Source of the DNA: Mobula hypostoma
Taxonomy: Eukaryota
Direction: 5' to 3'
DNA: 64,000 nt
Assembly: GCF_963921235.1 (NCBI RefSeq)
Contig: NC_086099.1
Span: 122,202,001 to 122,266,000 of the forward strand
Below are positions 36,222 to 50,399 of the stretch, one piece after another. The notes under the pieces are model-generated. The model had not been told where the DNA came from and searched no databases. It saw only the letters and a program-made list of their open reading frames with translations. Positions within the stretch are counted from its first letter, which is position 1; each line of letters opens with the position of its first letter. A program made the position numbers and the translations under genes.

Positions 36222-36731
36222 AAGCCTGATTTATACTTCTGCGTCAACGCATCGCCGTAAGGTCTGTGTCTCCGCAAACCCTAGGCAAAGCCAACGCGGA
36301 ACCCTACGCAAGAGCTTGTGTTGCTGCGACGCGCATCTCTCCCAAAATTTAACCACGCGTCGTGGGAACGCAGACCGTAAGAACTGTGATTGGTCCGCAT
36401 GGTAGCATCGCATTTCCTCCTACACTGCGATTGCTTCCCATTGGATGACTGAAGGGCAGGGAAGGAACTCTGGCTGCAATGCTTTCCATGAAGTTTTACA
36501 GACCTCCGAAATTATGGAGGACACATTTCGCTTTTACGAAAAAAGACGCTTGCTTCTTGTTTACCCCGAGAAAGACTACCATGACCATGAAACCTTGTGC
36601 AGGCAGGTGAGTGCGCATGCGTGACCTGCGCGAATTGCAGAGAGACGCAGACACACAAACGCACAAGTATAAATGCTCATAACTTGCATAGGTTACGCCG
36701 TCCAGTTCACGTGGAAGTATAAATCAGGCCT
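36222..36731. mobile_element. Non-autonomous DNA transposon (MITE), possibly PIF/Harbinger-like
   Basis: Perfect 16-bp TIR GCCTGATTTATACTTC (36224-36239) / GAAGTATAAATCAGGC (36714-36729). CpG-rich interior. Inserted in an older LINE tail. Confidence 0.8.
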
Positions 36732-39689
36732 GTAGGTTGTAGAATCAGTTCAGAGCTGTGGTGTTTGAAGCTATCCAGCACAGATACGTGTGTCTGTACA
36801 ATTCCACCCCTTGAACATCTAACAATGTTGTTCCCTGGGTCATTCAGTGGTAAATGTAGTTGCTGCCTCAGATTCCCATCAATTCCCACCCACCTCCCAA
36901 CTTCTACCACCCACCCACACGCGAGGAACGATCAACATCATTCGAACGGCCTAATTCTGCTCCGTAATGCTGACTGCGGCTCAGAAAAGTGGACCCCATC
37001 ACCCAGGCCATGTCCTCTTTCTGAGCCACCCAGCAACCTACCAAATTAATGACAGGACAATTCACAACTCCCGGCAAACCTCTGAGCCCGGAGGATATCC
37101 ACGCAGTTGCAGGGAGAGCATATGAGCTCCTTACAGCCGGTGTGGGGTTTAAACTCTGAACCCCGAGCTGTAATACTGAATGGACGATATAAACTACCTC
37201 ACGATATTTCCCTTTTGTTTTTGCTCTCGTTTTGCACCATCTATTTAACTTACCTATAGTCTCATTCTATAGTTTTTTTACTATTACGCTTTGCAACGCA
37301 CTGTTGCCACAAGGACACCAAGTTTCACAACCTGTGCCGGTGATAGTCGACCTGGTTCTCATTCTGAATGTCAGTTTGCAGAGGGGACACCCCCAGGGTT
37401 AAACCATGATGCCAAATCACATGTCACACTGAGGATCATTTCCGGAGGTGAACACTCAGACGTTAATTGCTAAGCCGAGGTGTGGGCTGAAGTCACTCAA
37501 TCATCACTCGATCGTGACGAATGCCTCCTCTCTGTAAGGACGATATCTCACGGCTTCTGACCCAGGCATCACTTGCAAACGCACCAATCGCACACACCAG
37601 AGAAAGACTGCGGGACTCTTGGGATCAAGGACACGGTCTCCCTGGCCAAGAGGGCTGGGATGATGTTAACAGAGCTGGATTCTGATAGATGTTAACCCTT
37701 CCCATTTCCTTCCTTGCTGGCTGCGTTTGATTCAGTGTTCAAAGTAATTTTATTATCAGAGTACATATGTCCCCACATACAACCCCGAGATTCATTTTCT
37801 TGCGGGCATTCACAGTAAATACAAGAAACACAATAGAACCAATGAAAGACTGCACCCAACAGGATGGACAAACGACCAGTGTGCAAAAGACAACAAGCCA
37901 TTCAAATACAAAAAGAAAGAATTATAATAATGCAAATAAATAAATAAATAAATAAATATCGAAAACATGAAACAAAGAATCCTTGAAATGAGTCCGTAGA
38001 TTACGGAATCAGTTCGCAGTTGAGGTGAATGAAGTTACCCCCGATGGTTAATACCTGTTCCTGAACCTGGAGGTGTGGGTCCAGAGGCTCCTGCACCTTC
38101 TTGCTGATGGCAGCAGTGAGAAGAGAGCACGTCCTGGGTGGTGGGGGTCCCTGGTGACAGAAGCTGTTTCTTGTGACAATGCCTCGTGTCGATGTGCTCA
38201 GTGATGGAGAGATCTTTACCCTTGATGGACTGGGCCGTACCCTCTACTTTTTGTCGGCTTTTCCACTGACGGGCATTGGTGTTTCCATAGCAAACCATGA
38301 TGCAGCCAAACAATATCCTCTCCGCCGTGCATCGATAGAAGCTGCTGACCCACCCACACTGGTGTGGAAGGGAGAGTTTTGGCACAGCATGTGGAGGGAG
38401 TCCAGGCTGGTGGCAGGTGCTGGGGTAGACGGAGATCTGGGATGGACAGAGAGACACATGAGAGAAAGCACAGATGCTAGACTCTGGAGCAATCGTCAGA
38501 CTGCTGCAGGAACTCATTCAGTCAAGCACTGTTGTGGAGGCGAAAGGATAGTCAACTCTTTGGCCCGAGACCTTCGTTCAGGACTGAATGCAGAGGGACA
38601 ATGGGAACGTTTGGAAGTGAGAGGGAGGGGTGAGGCAGAAGTGGATAGGGTAGATAAGGGTGGTGATGGGAAAGATGAGCCAAGGGAGGCAACCACCAGG
38701 TAGAATGATGTGTGGTGATGGGCAGGTGGCGCCAGCTGGGGAAGGGGTGGAGAATTGGATCTTAGTAACAAATGGGTGAGGGATGGCACAGGGGATGAAA
38801 GGGATCAGTAATTTCTCCTCAATACTGCCTGCGCAGCCTGCAGATTAAACGTCTGAGCTAACGTCCAGGATCAGAGGATTACTTGGCGTGCTAAGGACAA
38901 GTTAATTAATGTGGAGGGATTGGTGAAAGAATGGAGGGATTCCAGGAAAGAAAGGGTTAACGCATAAGCAGCGTTTGAAGGCTCTGGGCCTGTAGCTATT
39001 GAATAGTAAAAGGCCGAGACTGAGTGAATGTAGAGAGGGTGCTTCCTCTGGTGGGGCAGCCTCAGAATAGAGGGATGTCCATTTAGAACTGAGTGGGAAG
39101 AAAGCTCGGTGTGAGCGAGCTGCCTGTAACTGAGGCCCTGTTCTGGCAGTTTGTGTTTGGCCTTGGTGTGATGGAGGAGACGGGTGATGATGGACAGTTT
39201 GGCGTGGAAATGAGAATGGGAGCTGAACTACCGTGCAAAACGGAATCTGAAATAAATGTTGCGGACAGAGTGTAGGTTCTCTGCAAATGAGTCACCTTGT
39301 CTACGTTTGGTCAGCTTACCTTCAGTGGGAAAGTGCTAGAATTCGGAATCAGAATCAGGTTCATTATCACTGACACACGTCGTGAAATTTGTTGTTCTGC
39401 AGCAGCAGTACAGAGCAATGCATAAAAAATCTACTATAAGTCACAAAAAGAAATAGAAACCAATTAAATAGATTGTGCAAAAAAGAGAGCAAAAACAGTG
39501 AATAGTGTTCATGGGTTCATTGTCCATTCAGAAATCTGACGGCAGAGGGGAAGAAGCTGTTCCTAAAACACCGAGTGTCTGTCTTCAGGCTCCTGTACCT
39601 CCTCCTTGATGGTGGCAACGAGAAGAGGGCATGGCCCATATGGTGAGGGTCCTTAGTGATAGATGTAAAGAAGGGTATGGAGCTAGAAA

Positions 39690-40570
39690 TTAGGAGATAG
39701 AACTTTACAGCACAGTTCAGGCTGTTCTGCCCACAATGTTGTGCTGACATTTTAACTAAATCTATGATCAATCTAATCCTTCCCTTCCCCAAGCTAGCCC
39801 TTCATTTTTCCATCATCTATGTGTCTATCTAAGGGTTTCTTAAATGTCCTAATAGATCTTCCTCTGCCAGCACTCCTGGCAGTTCATTCCTTGCATTTAA
39901 CACACTCTGCGTAAAAAAGCCTACCTCTGACACCCCCATACTTTCTTCTTCCAATTACCTTAAAGTTATGTCCTTTCACAAAAGGCATTGCTTCCCTAAC
40001 AAAGAGTCTCTGGCTGTCCACTCTATCATCTCGTATTCCTCTATTGTCATCTTTCATCCTCCTTCACTCTGAAGAGAAAAGCACTAGCTCACTCTACCTG
40101 TCCTCACAAGCTGCAAATTACTTCATGGCTCTTGAACTCAATCCCCTGACTAATGAAGGCCAAAACACCTTTTCCCTGTTGAACCACCTCTACCAATTTT
40201 GAAGGATCTAGGGATGTTGTCCCCAAGATCTCTCTGCACTGCCATTAACCCTGCACTTTTCCTTCAAGTTCAGCCTTCCAAAGTGAATCACTTCGCACTT
40301 TTCTGGACTGAACTGTATCTGCCATTTCTCAGCCCAGCTCTACATCCTGTCAATGTCCTGTTGTAATCTACGACAACCTTCTACATTATCCACAACACCA
40401 CCTCAAACTGACCAATTCACCCCTCCACTTCCTCATCCAAGTCTTTTATAAAAATCACAAGGAGCTGACTCCCAGAACAGATCCATGTGGAACACCACTG
40501 GTCACCAACCTCCAGGCACAGAATACTTCACCTACAGCCACTCTGGGCCAGTTCTGAATCCACACTGGCA
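39690..40570 (-). mobile_element. Degenerate CR1 LINE (RT C-terminal half and 3' end)
   Basis: VTSGVPHGSVLG motif and similarity to 5590-6540. Confidence 0.8.
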
Positions 40571-40669
40571 GGCAATTTGAGGAGAAGAAGAATGGGATTA
40601 ATATAGGAGTTGTGTAAATGGGAGGTTGGTGGCTCGCACAGACGCTATGGGCCAAGGGTCTGTTCCTGT

Positions 40670-41200
40670 TGTCATTAAGTCCATCACTGAACTGACAATA
40701 CTCAGGCAATTTCTTCAATTCAGCCATGCTTTTGCATGTTTTTTTTAGCTATTCAATATATGTAATTTATTTATTTATTTATTATTATTATTTTATTTTA
40801 TTACTATTTTTTCTCTGCTAGATCATATATTGCATTGAACTGCTGCCGCTAAGTTAACAAATTTCACGTCACATGCTGGTGATAATAAACCTGATTCTGA
40901 TTCTGATCTCCCTTTCCTTTGATTCTGCTTATGAAACCTAAAGCATTGGTTCTACATGTTCCTGCATTGTGTTCATGATATCAGCAAAGCTTATTTTAAC
41001 TAGTTTGGTTGGAGCAGTTAAACTTCTAAGCACAATGATTGCCTTTCTGTCTATTGCACTGTAATGCTGGCACTAGCTTTTCACTGGCTATTTCATTTGA
41101 TTTAAAATACTAGTCTAATCGTTCAGTAGACCCATTGAATACCAGTTACCTGTTGTGCAATTGACCATGCCTATCTGTCTGATGTAGTCACCCCTGCCAC
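40670..41200 (-). mobile_element. Gypsy gag-like fragment, interrupted
   Basis: MAELKKLPEYCQFSDGLND resembles the Gypsy gag motif L..LAE.C.F...L. Confidence 0.5.
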
Positions 41201-41419
41201 AAGAGTAACACAATTTACTGATCAGGCTGGTCTCTGTACGGACGCTGCAATTTTGTTCACACTCACTTTCATTCTTGACCGTAACTCAGTTGCGTCCCTG
41301 GCTTCTGTTTCCACTGATACAGCGATTTCAGCTGCTCTTTTAAATGTGAATTGTTCTTCAGTTAGGAGCTGTTTCTGCATGCTTTCTTGTAAGAGTCCAC
41401 AAACTGCACCTGCACTCTG

Positions 41420-43670
41420 TGGAGCAGCTGTTACAAGTCTGTCCAGGCACTTGGTGTTACTTGGATGACATCATTGTGAGAATAACACAGAGCATCTCCA
41501 AAATCTCAAGACAGTGTTAAAAACGTTAAAAAATTATGGGCTCACAGCACGACACGACTTACTGTGGTCACACCATTGACCCATAAGATTTTACATAAGT
41601 GTGCTGAGAAAATTCAAGCAGTGGTGGATGCCCCAAGGCCAAGGGACATGTCACAGTTGTGATCTTTTTTTAGAATTTGCCATTTACTGTAACAGGTTCC
41701 TGCCAAACATCATCCAGTGAAGCTTGTCTGTGACACCTTGCCTTACAGTGTAGGTGCAGTCATGTCACATGTTATGAGTGATAGAAGTGGAAAACCACAT
41801 AACAATTGCATTACATTCCATTAACGCTGTAGAGAAAAATTACACACAGATTCATAGAGAAGCCTTGAGTTTGGCTTGGGGTGTAGGTGTTTCAACCAGT
41901 ACCTGTATAGGAGAGAGTAACCCTTGTTACTGATCATCAACCACTGGTGTCCATTTTCAATCCACAGAAGGGAGTTTCACTAACAGCAGCAGCATGAACG
42001 TAGAAATGGGCTCTGTTTCTTGGCGGACACAATTACAAAATTGAATTCAAGGAGGCAAATGATCATGGATATGCTGATGGATTGTCCTGTTTGCCCTTAG
42101 AAAGGGAAATATCTGAAAGATATATAAAAGAGGACACTCCACCCCTAATGCAAAACAAAAGTCTCCCTATTACAGCAGAGATCATCCAAAGAGAAACGAA
42201 AAAAGACACCACACTGTGTCAGGTCACTACGGCCGGAATGTGCAGCAGAAATTCCAGATCCCCCATTTTCCCAGCGCCAGGTTGAACTTGCCCTTGACGG
42301 GTTTTGTCTTATGTGGGGGTTGAGAGATGTTGTACCATCCAAGCTGAGAGTTCAAGTGTTGGGAGCTACATCATCTCGGCATGATCAACATGAAATAATT
42401 GGCTCGAATCTTTGTCTGGCGGCCTGGGACAGATGAACTGATTGACCAGAGATCATCCCTGGGAATGGCCTACATTGCCCTTTGCAGAGGATTCACGTTG
42501 GTTTTGCCAGACCGTTCGTGAGCACAAATTTCTTGTCAGAGGTGACCAGAAGTGTTCCCAATGGCCTCCACTACAGCCTCACACATTGTGAATGTGTTGT
42601 TAATCCTCAGCTCAAGGGCTGGTTGTTCCAGAACACTCAGTCACTGACGATGGACCAGTTTGTCATGGAACATTTTTGGTCATTCCTGAAAATGAATGGA
42701 ATAAGAGATATTATATCTGTACTGTACGAATGTCTTGGCAGAAAGTTTTGGCTAAAGTCTAAAGAACGCACTGTGAGCAATATCAGCAGAGCACACTACA
42801 CTGACACTGAAATCAGAAGATCACCAATTTCCTCTTTGTATGTCGCAATGCAGCACACTCCACGATCAACAACTCACTAACTATGCTGTTCCCGTGTTGT
42901 CCCTTATGCTCATACGTGGATCTTCTCAAACTCAATCTCAGAAGGAGCATACAGGACAAGCAGCTGAGGCAAATTCAGGGCTCCTCAAACAAGGAGGTTT
43001 GATGTTTCATCTGGAGGAGCAGTCCTGGTGAGGGACTACAGAGGTGATCAAAAATGGGTGCTTGGGAAGATTAAGGACAGAACTGGACCACTCTCCTACA
43101 CAGTAAAGGTTGTGTCTGATATCACCTGGAGACGACACATCAATCAGTTGAGGAGATCATAGTCAATAGTTAGAGAAGAAAGATGTTCCAAGCTGCTAGT
43201 ACCAGTTCCTGCAGTCCCAGAGTCAACGCCTGCGGGAGGCCTCAGAGCCTAAGATAGTCATCCTAAGCAGAGTGGTCCCCTTTGTCAGGAAAGACATTAT
43301 CCCACAAGAATAAGAAATCAACCACGGAGAATAAATCTTTAGGCTTGAATGTGACAATTTGAAATTGGCTCTGCTGTTTGTGTCTATACGGTAGTTGTAT
43401 TATAGAGTACACTGTATATGTAGTTGAGATGTATTCTCTGTTGAGTTGAAGTTTCCAGGGATGAGTGGTGTGTATTTAATGTTTCAGTACTATTGTAAAT
43501 ATATTGTTTGACTAAGCTTTCTTTGTTCACATAATTCATTATGGGCACAGGAATGGCACATGCCATCATGCCACCACATCATGTGCGAATGTCTCACTAA
43601 AAGAAAAACTGTCAACAAAACTTATCTCGGCTCCTGTGTTTTCACTTTCAGTTAGTTACAAAGCATAACA
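41420..43670 (+). mobile_element. Degenerate Gypsy pol (RT/RNase H/integrase) and 3' LTR
   Basis: YLDDII at ~41458, RNase H remnants (CDT.PY.VGAVMSH, TDHQPL) and an integrase remnant (QRIHVGFARPF), with many stops and frameshifts. Confidence 0.85.
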
Positions 43671-45162
43671 GTGAGGAGGGTGAGAGTGAAGGGGAGAAGA
43701 CAAGGAGGAAGAGGGGTGAGAGGGAATTAGAGGGAAAGGTGTGGGAGGAGGGTGGCGAGGGATGAGAGGAGGTTGGGAGGGGAGTAAAGAAGGTGAGAGT
43801 GAAGAGCTGAAGAGTGGGGTGAGAGAGAATTACAGGGGCCACTGTGGGAGGGGGCGGGCGAGGGATGAGAGGAGGTTAGGAGATTAAAGAGGGTGAGACT
43901 GAAGGGGAAAAGGTAGGGAGGGGAAGGGAGGAGAAAGTGCACAAAGGGGTGGTGAGGGGTGAGGGGTGAGAACACGGGGAGGGAAGCCGGTGAGAAGGAA
44001 TTTACAGGAGAAGAGGCTGGTGAGTGGTGACAATGGTTGGGTCAGGAGAAGATGGGGCTGAAAGGGGAGGAGGAAGTGCAGTTAGGGTGGGGAATATAAA
44101 AGGCAGGGGGACCAGAGGATGAGGACAAGGGGAGAGGAGAGGAGGGTGGTGAACTAAAGTTATGGATACCTGACATTCTGACCACTACTTTAATTCTCCC
44201 CTCCAATCTCCTTCTGGCCATCTCACCGTGTTACACCCAATCCTGCTGTCAGCTTGCAGAACAACCCCACACCTTGGACACACTGTGTGCCTCGAGGCTC
44301 AACATCTAAAGCAACCATGTCAGATAACCGGCCCTTCCAGTCGTCAATCCTGTTGCACCTGTAGATGCCCATCTGTTCCTCAGTTCCCCACAGATCATCC
44401 GATGGGTAGCTCCTTCACCTCCGTCCCAGGTTCCCAGCAACTGCAGATTGTTGCATCTTCAATTCCAGTATTTGTCTCCCCACCCCTTCCCGCTCCATTT
44501 ATCTGTTTCACCCCACTCCCTCTGTCAGCCTGTACCACCACATTTTTTGGCTATCCAGACCACACCCCTGTGACATCATCCCCATTGTTCTCTCCACCCT
44601 GCCCTGCTGTCTGCAGTCAAACAGATCTGATGCCTCCTGTCTCTCGTGACAGGCCGAACACCTGAAGTGTTTCTCTCACTCCAGCCTGGAGCGGTGAGGG
44701 AGAGCCGGGATCCTGGGTTTGATCCCATCCTCTGCGCGCACGTACTCCTCCCTATATCACACAAACATGCGGCTTGGTAGGTTAATTGGTTACACTAGTT
44801 ATAGTACAGTACAGAACAGAAACAGGCCCTTTGGCCCATCTAGTCCATGCTGAATTTATTATTCAGCCTCGTCCCATCGGCCCAAAACCAGACCATAGCC
44901 ATCCACGTACTGATCCAAATTTCTCTTAAATGTTGAAGCTGAACACCATCAGCCACTTTCAATGGCAACTTGTTTCAAACTCTCACAACTCCTCTGAGTG
45001 AAGCTCCCACTTATGTCCCCCTTAAACTTTTCACCTTTCACCCATGACCTCTAGTTCTAGTCTCACCCAATCTCAGTGGAAAAAAAGCCTGCTTGCATTT
45101 GCCCTATCTATACCCTGCATAATTTTGTATACCTCTGTCAGATGTTCCCTCAATCTCCTGCG

Positions 45163-47243
45163 CTTCCCAGTTTGGCAAAAGAATAAATCAAGGAAGGTAG
45201 TGCACCCGTGGCTGACAAGAGAAATTAGGGATAGTATCAATTCCAAAGAAGTAGCATACAAATTAGCCAGAGAAAGTGGCTCACCTGAGGACTGGGAGAA
45301 ATTCAGAGTTCAGCAGAGGAGGACAAAGGGCTTAATTAGGAAGGGGAAAAAAGATTATGAGAGAAAACTGGCAGAGAACATAAAAACGGACTGTAAAAGC
45401 TTTTATAGATATGTAAAAAGGAAAAGACTGATAAAGACAAATGTAGGTCCCCTGCAAACAGAAACAGGTGAATTGATTATGGGGAGCAAGGACATGGCAG
45501 ACCAATTGAATAATTACTTTGGTTCTGTCTTCACTAAGGAGGACATAAATAATCTTCCAGAAATAGTAAGGGACAGAGGGTCCAGTGAGATGGAGGAACT
45601 GAGCGAAATACATGTTAGTAGGGAAGTGGTGTTAGGTAAATTGAAGGGATTGAAGGCAGATAAATCCCCAGGGCCAGATGGTCTGCATCCCAGAGTGCTT
45701 AAGGAAGTGGCCCAAGAAATAGTGGATGCATTAGTGATAATTTTTCAAAACTCGTTAGATTCTGGACTAGTTCCTGAGGATTGGAGGGTGGCTAATGTAA
45801 CCCCACTTTTTAAAAAAGGAGGGAGAGAGAAACCGGGGAATTATAGGCCGGTTAGCCTAACGTCGGTGGTGGAGAAACTGCTGGAGTCAGTTATCAAGGA
45901 TGTGATAACAGCACATTTGGAAAGCGGTGAAATGATCGGACAAAGTCAGCATGGATTTGTGAAAGGAAAATCATGTCTGACGAATCTCATAGAATTTTTT
46001 GAGGATGTAACTAGTAGAGTGGATAGGGGAGAACCAGTGGATGTGGTATATTTGGATTTTCAAAAGGCTTTTGACAAGGTCCCACACAGGAGATTAGTGT
46101 GCAAACTTAAAGCACACGGTATTGGGGGTAAGGTATTGGTGTGGGTGGAGAATTGGTTAGCAGACAGGAAGCAAAGAGTGGGAATAAACGGGACCTTTTC
46201 AGAATGGCAGGCGGTGACTAGTGGGGTACCGCAAGGCTCAGTGCTGGGACCCCAGTTGTTTACAATATATATTAATGACTTGGATGAGGGAATTAAATGC
46301 AGCATCTCCAAGTTTGCGGATGACACGAAGCTGGGTGGCAGTGTTAGCAGTGAGGAGGATGCTAAGAGGATGCAGGGTGACTTGGATAGGTTGGGTGAGT
46401 GGGCAAACTCATGGCAGATGCAATTTAATGTGGATAAATGTGAAGTTATCCACTTTGGTGGCAAAAATAGGAAAACAGATTATTATCTGAATGGTGGCCG
46501 ATTAGGAAAAGGGGAGGTGCAACGAGACCTGGGTGTCATTATACACCAGTCATTGAAAGTGGGCATGCAGGTACAGCAGGCGGTGAAAAAGGCGAACGGT
46601 ATGCTGGCATTTATAGCGAGAGGATTCGAGTACAGGAGCAGGGAGGTACTGCTGCAGTTGTACGAGGCCTTGGTGAGACCACACCTGGAGTATTGTGTGC
46701 AGTTTTGGTCCCCTAATCTGAGGAAAGACATCTTTGCCATAGAGGGAGTACAAAGAAGGTTCACCAGATTGATTCCTGGGATGGCAGGTCTTTCATATGA
46801 AGAAAGACTGGATGAACTGGGCTTGTACTCGTTGGAATTTAGAAGATTGAGGGGGGATCTGATTGAAACGTATAAGATCCTAAAGGGATTGGATAGGCTA
46901 GATGCGGGAAGATTGTTCCCGATGTTGGGGAGGTCTAGAACGAGGGGTCACAGTTTGAGGATAGAGGGGAAGCCTTTTAGGACCGAGGTTAGGAAAAACT
47001 TCTTCACACAGAGAGTGGTGAATCTGTGGAATTCTCTGCCACAGCAAACTGTTGAGGCCAGTTCATTAGCTATGTTTAAAAGGAAGTTAGATATGGCCCT
47101 TGTGGCTACAGGGGTCAGGGGGTATGGAGGGAAGGCTGGGTTCTGAGTTGGATGATCAGCCATGATCATAATAAATGGCGGTGCAGGCTCGAAGGGCCGA
47201 ATGGCCTACTCCTGCACCTATTTTCTATGTTTCTATGTTTCTA
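45163..47243 (+). mobile_element. Young 5'-truncated CR1 LINE with uninterrupted ORF2 (RT domain to stop at 47146) and intact 3' tail
   Basis: ~660 open codons including KSPGPDG, NYRPVSLTS, YLDFQKAFDKV, GVPQGSVLGP and SKFADD. (TTTCTATG)n tail. Nested in an older antisense CR1. Confidence 0.95.
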
Positions 47244-48929
47244 TTTTCCCTGATTAATTCTTGACCTATTCAACCTTTCCCTATAACACAGATCCTTAAG
47301 TCCGAACAACATCCTTGTAAGCTTTCTTTGCATTCTTTCAATCTTATTTACATCTGTCCTGTAGGTAGGTGACCAGAACAGTACACAATACTCCAAATTA
47401 GGCCTCACGAACATCTTTTACAACTTCGATATAACATCACATCTCCTTGTACTCAGTATGCTGACTTATGCAGGCCAATGTGCCAAAATCCCTCTTTATG
47501 AAAGAGAGATCCTACTTTCATCATCCTACTTCCTTGCATTCAGCTCATTCCCTCCTTGCATCCCTCCAAGTGTCTCCTCAATGATACTTCTGTACCTGCC
47601 TCAACCACTTCTGTCTGGCAGCTCGTTCCATATACTCACCATATTCTTCTTCTTAAGCCCTTCTCCCTTACCAGGGTGTGGGCTGCCAACTGCAGCTCAC
47701 CAAAATCTTCACTCTGGGACCAGTTTGTCAAGGTGTAGCCCATTGAAGACCCTGCCTCTCCCAGGGGTGAAGTCTTTGGAGCTTCTCTTGGTGTTTCTCT
47801 GGGTTTTTAACAGGACAGGGCTGCCAGCTCCGTGCCCGACCCTCCTCTTTTCACGGTCAGGCTTGGCGCTGTCCGTGGTAGAGTTATAAATACCCAGCAT
47901 GCTCTGCGTGGGAAAAGCTATCCATCAGATCCATTTCAAATCTGCCCCCCCCTTGTTTTGGACTCCTCTACCCTGGGGAAAAGACTTTTACTGTCCACCT
48001 TATTTGTGCCCAGAGAGGAAGGAATTGGAATTGGTTCATTATTGTCAAATGTACCGAGAAACTCTGTTTTACAAGCCATCTACATTGAGGCAGTAGAAGG
48101 GAGATGCAAAAACAGAATGCAGAATGAAGTGTTACAGTTATAGAGAGAGTGCAGTGCAGAGAGGCAATGAGGTGCAAGGGCCACAACATGTGTCAAAATC
48201 AGAATCACTGACATATCATGTGATATTTGTTGTTTTGTGGGAGCTGTACAGTGCAAAGACATAAATATCTTAACTAGAGGGTGGTGAGTCTGTAGAATTC
48301 ATAGCCACAGACAGCCATGAAGGCCAAGTCATCGAGTATGTTTAAAGCTGAGGTTGACAGGTTCTTGATTAGTAATGATGCCATTGGATATGGGGAGAAG
48401 GCAGGAGAATGGGGCTGAAAGAGATAAGTCAGCCATGAGCAAGGCTGAATGACCTAGGTCTCCTGTGCCTTATGGTCTAATTTGTCTGCACAGCTATAGT
48501 ACCAGAAGGAAAAGTCAGGGTGGAAATCTGTGGAATTTGGATTTGTACACTTGTGACTCAGACCCCACCCAGCTGATATGTGGCTGACAGGACAGAGCCT
48601 GTGAGTGGTGACGAATTGTCATTCAGTCAGTGAGCCTCGGCTCCATGTGAGGCCTCACACTCACACAGTGCAGACTAGGGTTAACAATCCACCAGTCTCT
48701 CCGGGCATTAAAGGTTACTCAGCCGGACAAGGCAGCCAATGAGATCCGAGGAATGCAATCGTGCTATCAAAAATCATGAGACGAAATTGCCAGGGAAGTG
48801 ACCAATCAGATTTGGCCAGCCTTGTGGGAGACATGCTGATTCGCTGAGCCAGAGCTGCCTGATGTTGAAGTGTGTTGGAATGACTTAATATGACCCTGAA
48901 GTTCGCTGGGCTGACAGTCAAATGTACAC

Positions 48930-49505
48930 GAAGATGGTAGTCGGGCCATTGAATTCAAGAGTGACAAGGTGACATCATAGCTCTAAAACACCCACTTAGA
49001 CCACAGTTGGAGTATTGTGTTCAGTTCTGGTCACTCATTATAGGAAGGATGTAAAAGCTTTAGAGAGGGTGCAGAGGAGATATTCCAGGATGCTGCCTGG
49101 ATTAGAGAGCATGTCTTGTAGGCTGAGGGAACGAGGGCTTTTCTCTTTGGAGTGAAGGAGGATGGGAGGTGACTTCATAGAGGTGTACAGGACGATGAGG
49201 CATAGATTGGATAGCCAGGGTGGAAATGGCTAATGCAAGGGGCATAGTTTGAAGGTGATTGGAGGAAAGGGTTAGGTAGGTTTTTTACACAGAGCGTAGA
49301 TGTATGGAACGCCCTTGCCAGGGTAGCTGTAGAGGCAGGTACATTATGGGCATTTAACAGACTCTTAGATAGGCACATGGATGATAGATAAGTGGAGAGC
49401 TTTGTGGGAGGGAGAGGTTGGATTGATCTTAGACGAGGTTAAAAGGTTGGCACAACATTACGGGCCAAAGGGCCTGTACTGTGCTGTACTGTTCTGTATT
49501 CCACA
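48930..49505 (+). mobile_element. Old CR1 3' fragment
   Basis: Degenerate LEYCVQFWS-coding segment and CR1 3' UTR. Confidence 0.75.
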
Positions 49506-49779
49506 AATGTAAAACATAATCGTCTTATTTGATTGTCCAATAAACACAGTTCCCTTCCTGAAGAATCTCTTACCCCTCCACATTTACCCCCACCCCCATC
49601 TTCTTAAAACTGTAACCAGGAATATCAACAGCCCCTTCCCTCTTTGCGGCATCAGTCCAATCACCTGTACCCTTCCTCAGTCTGATTGAGGATTCCCTTT
49701 CCCTGACGTCGAGATCCAACCCTCTCCCATCAGCCTCTTAGTCATTTCCTCATGCCTGTGTGCATTCTCAGTGAGGCAG

Positions 49780-50290
49780 CATGCAGTCTGCAGAATAATA
49801 TTCCACTCGCCACGCTGTCAGATTCCTTTTTCTACAGCCTTTTACCTCCCCCCCCCCCACACACACACCTTCTTATTCTGGCTTCTTTCCCCTTTCTCTC
49901 CAGTCTTGTTGAAGGTTTTCGGCCCAAAACGTTGGCTATTTATTCCCTCCATAGATGCTGCCAGACCCGCTAAGTTCCTCCAGCAGTGTGTGTTCGTTCC
50001 TCTGGTCGTTAAATGGGTGTCTGCAGATGCTGGAAAACTTGAGCAACACACACACATATGCTGGAGGAACTCAGCAGGTCAGGCAGCATCAATGGACGGG
50101 AGGTCGATGTTTCTGGCTGAGACCCTTCATCAGGATGAGAATGGAAGGGGGTCATGGTTCACTGTCCTCTCCTATCAGATTCCTTCTTCTTCAACCCTGT
50201 AACTCCCAGCTTTTTAATTCATCCTCCCTTCCCCTCAACTGGTCTCACCTGTCACCTGTCAACTCGTCCTTGCAGTACCTGTCTCTTTGG
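49780..50290. mobile_element. Inverted pair of Penelope-like terminal fragments
   Basis: A + copy at ~49860-50000 and a - copy at ~50020-50140, each with a hammerhead-like motif. Confidence 0.6.
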
Positions 50291-50399
50291 AAGGGAGAGA
50301 GAGAACACAGTCGAGATTAGAAAAAAAGGCAGAAAGTGCATAAATTCATGAGTTCATAAACAGTGAGCACCAGGTGACAATAATCATAAATACATTTAA

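Noticed and set aside
45044-47146. 700-aa host gene or domesticated RT
   Set aside because: It is a 5'-truncated CR1 ORF2 with LINE tail and sibling copies. The start codon comes from the flanking antisense repeat.
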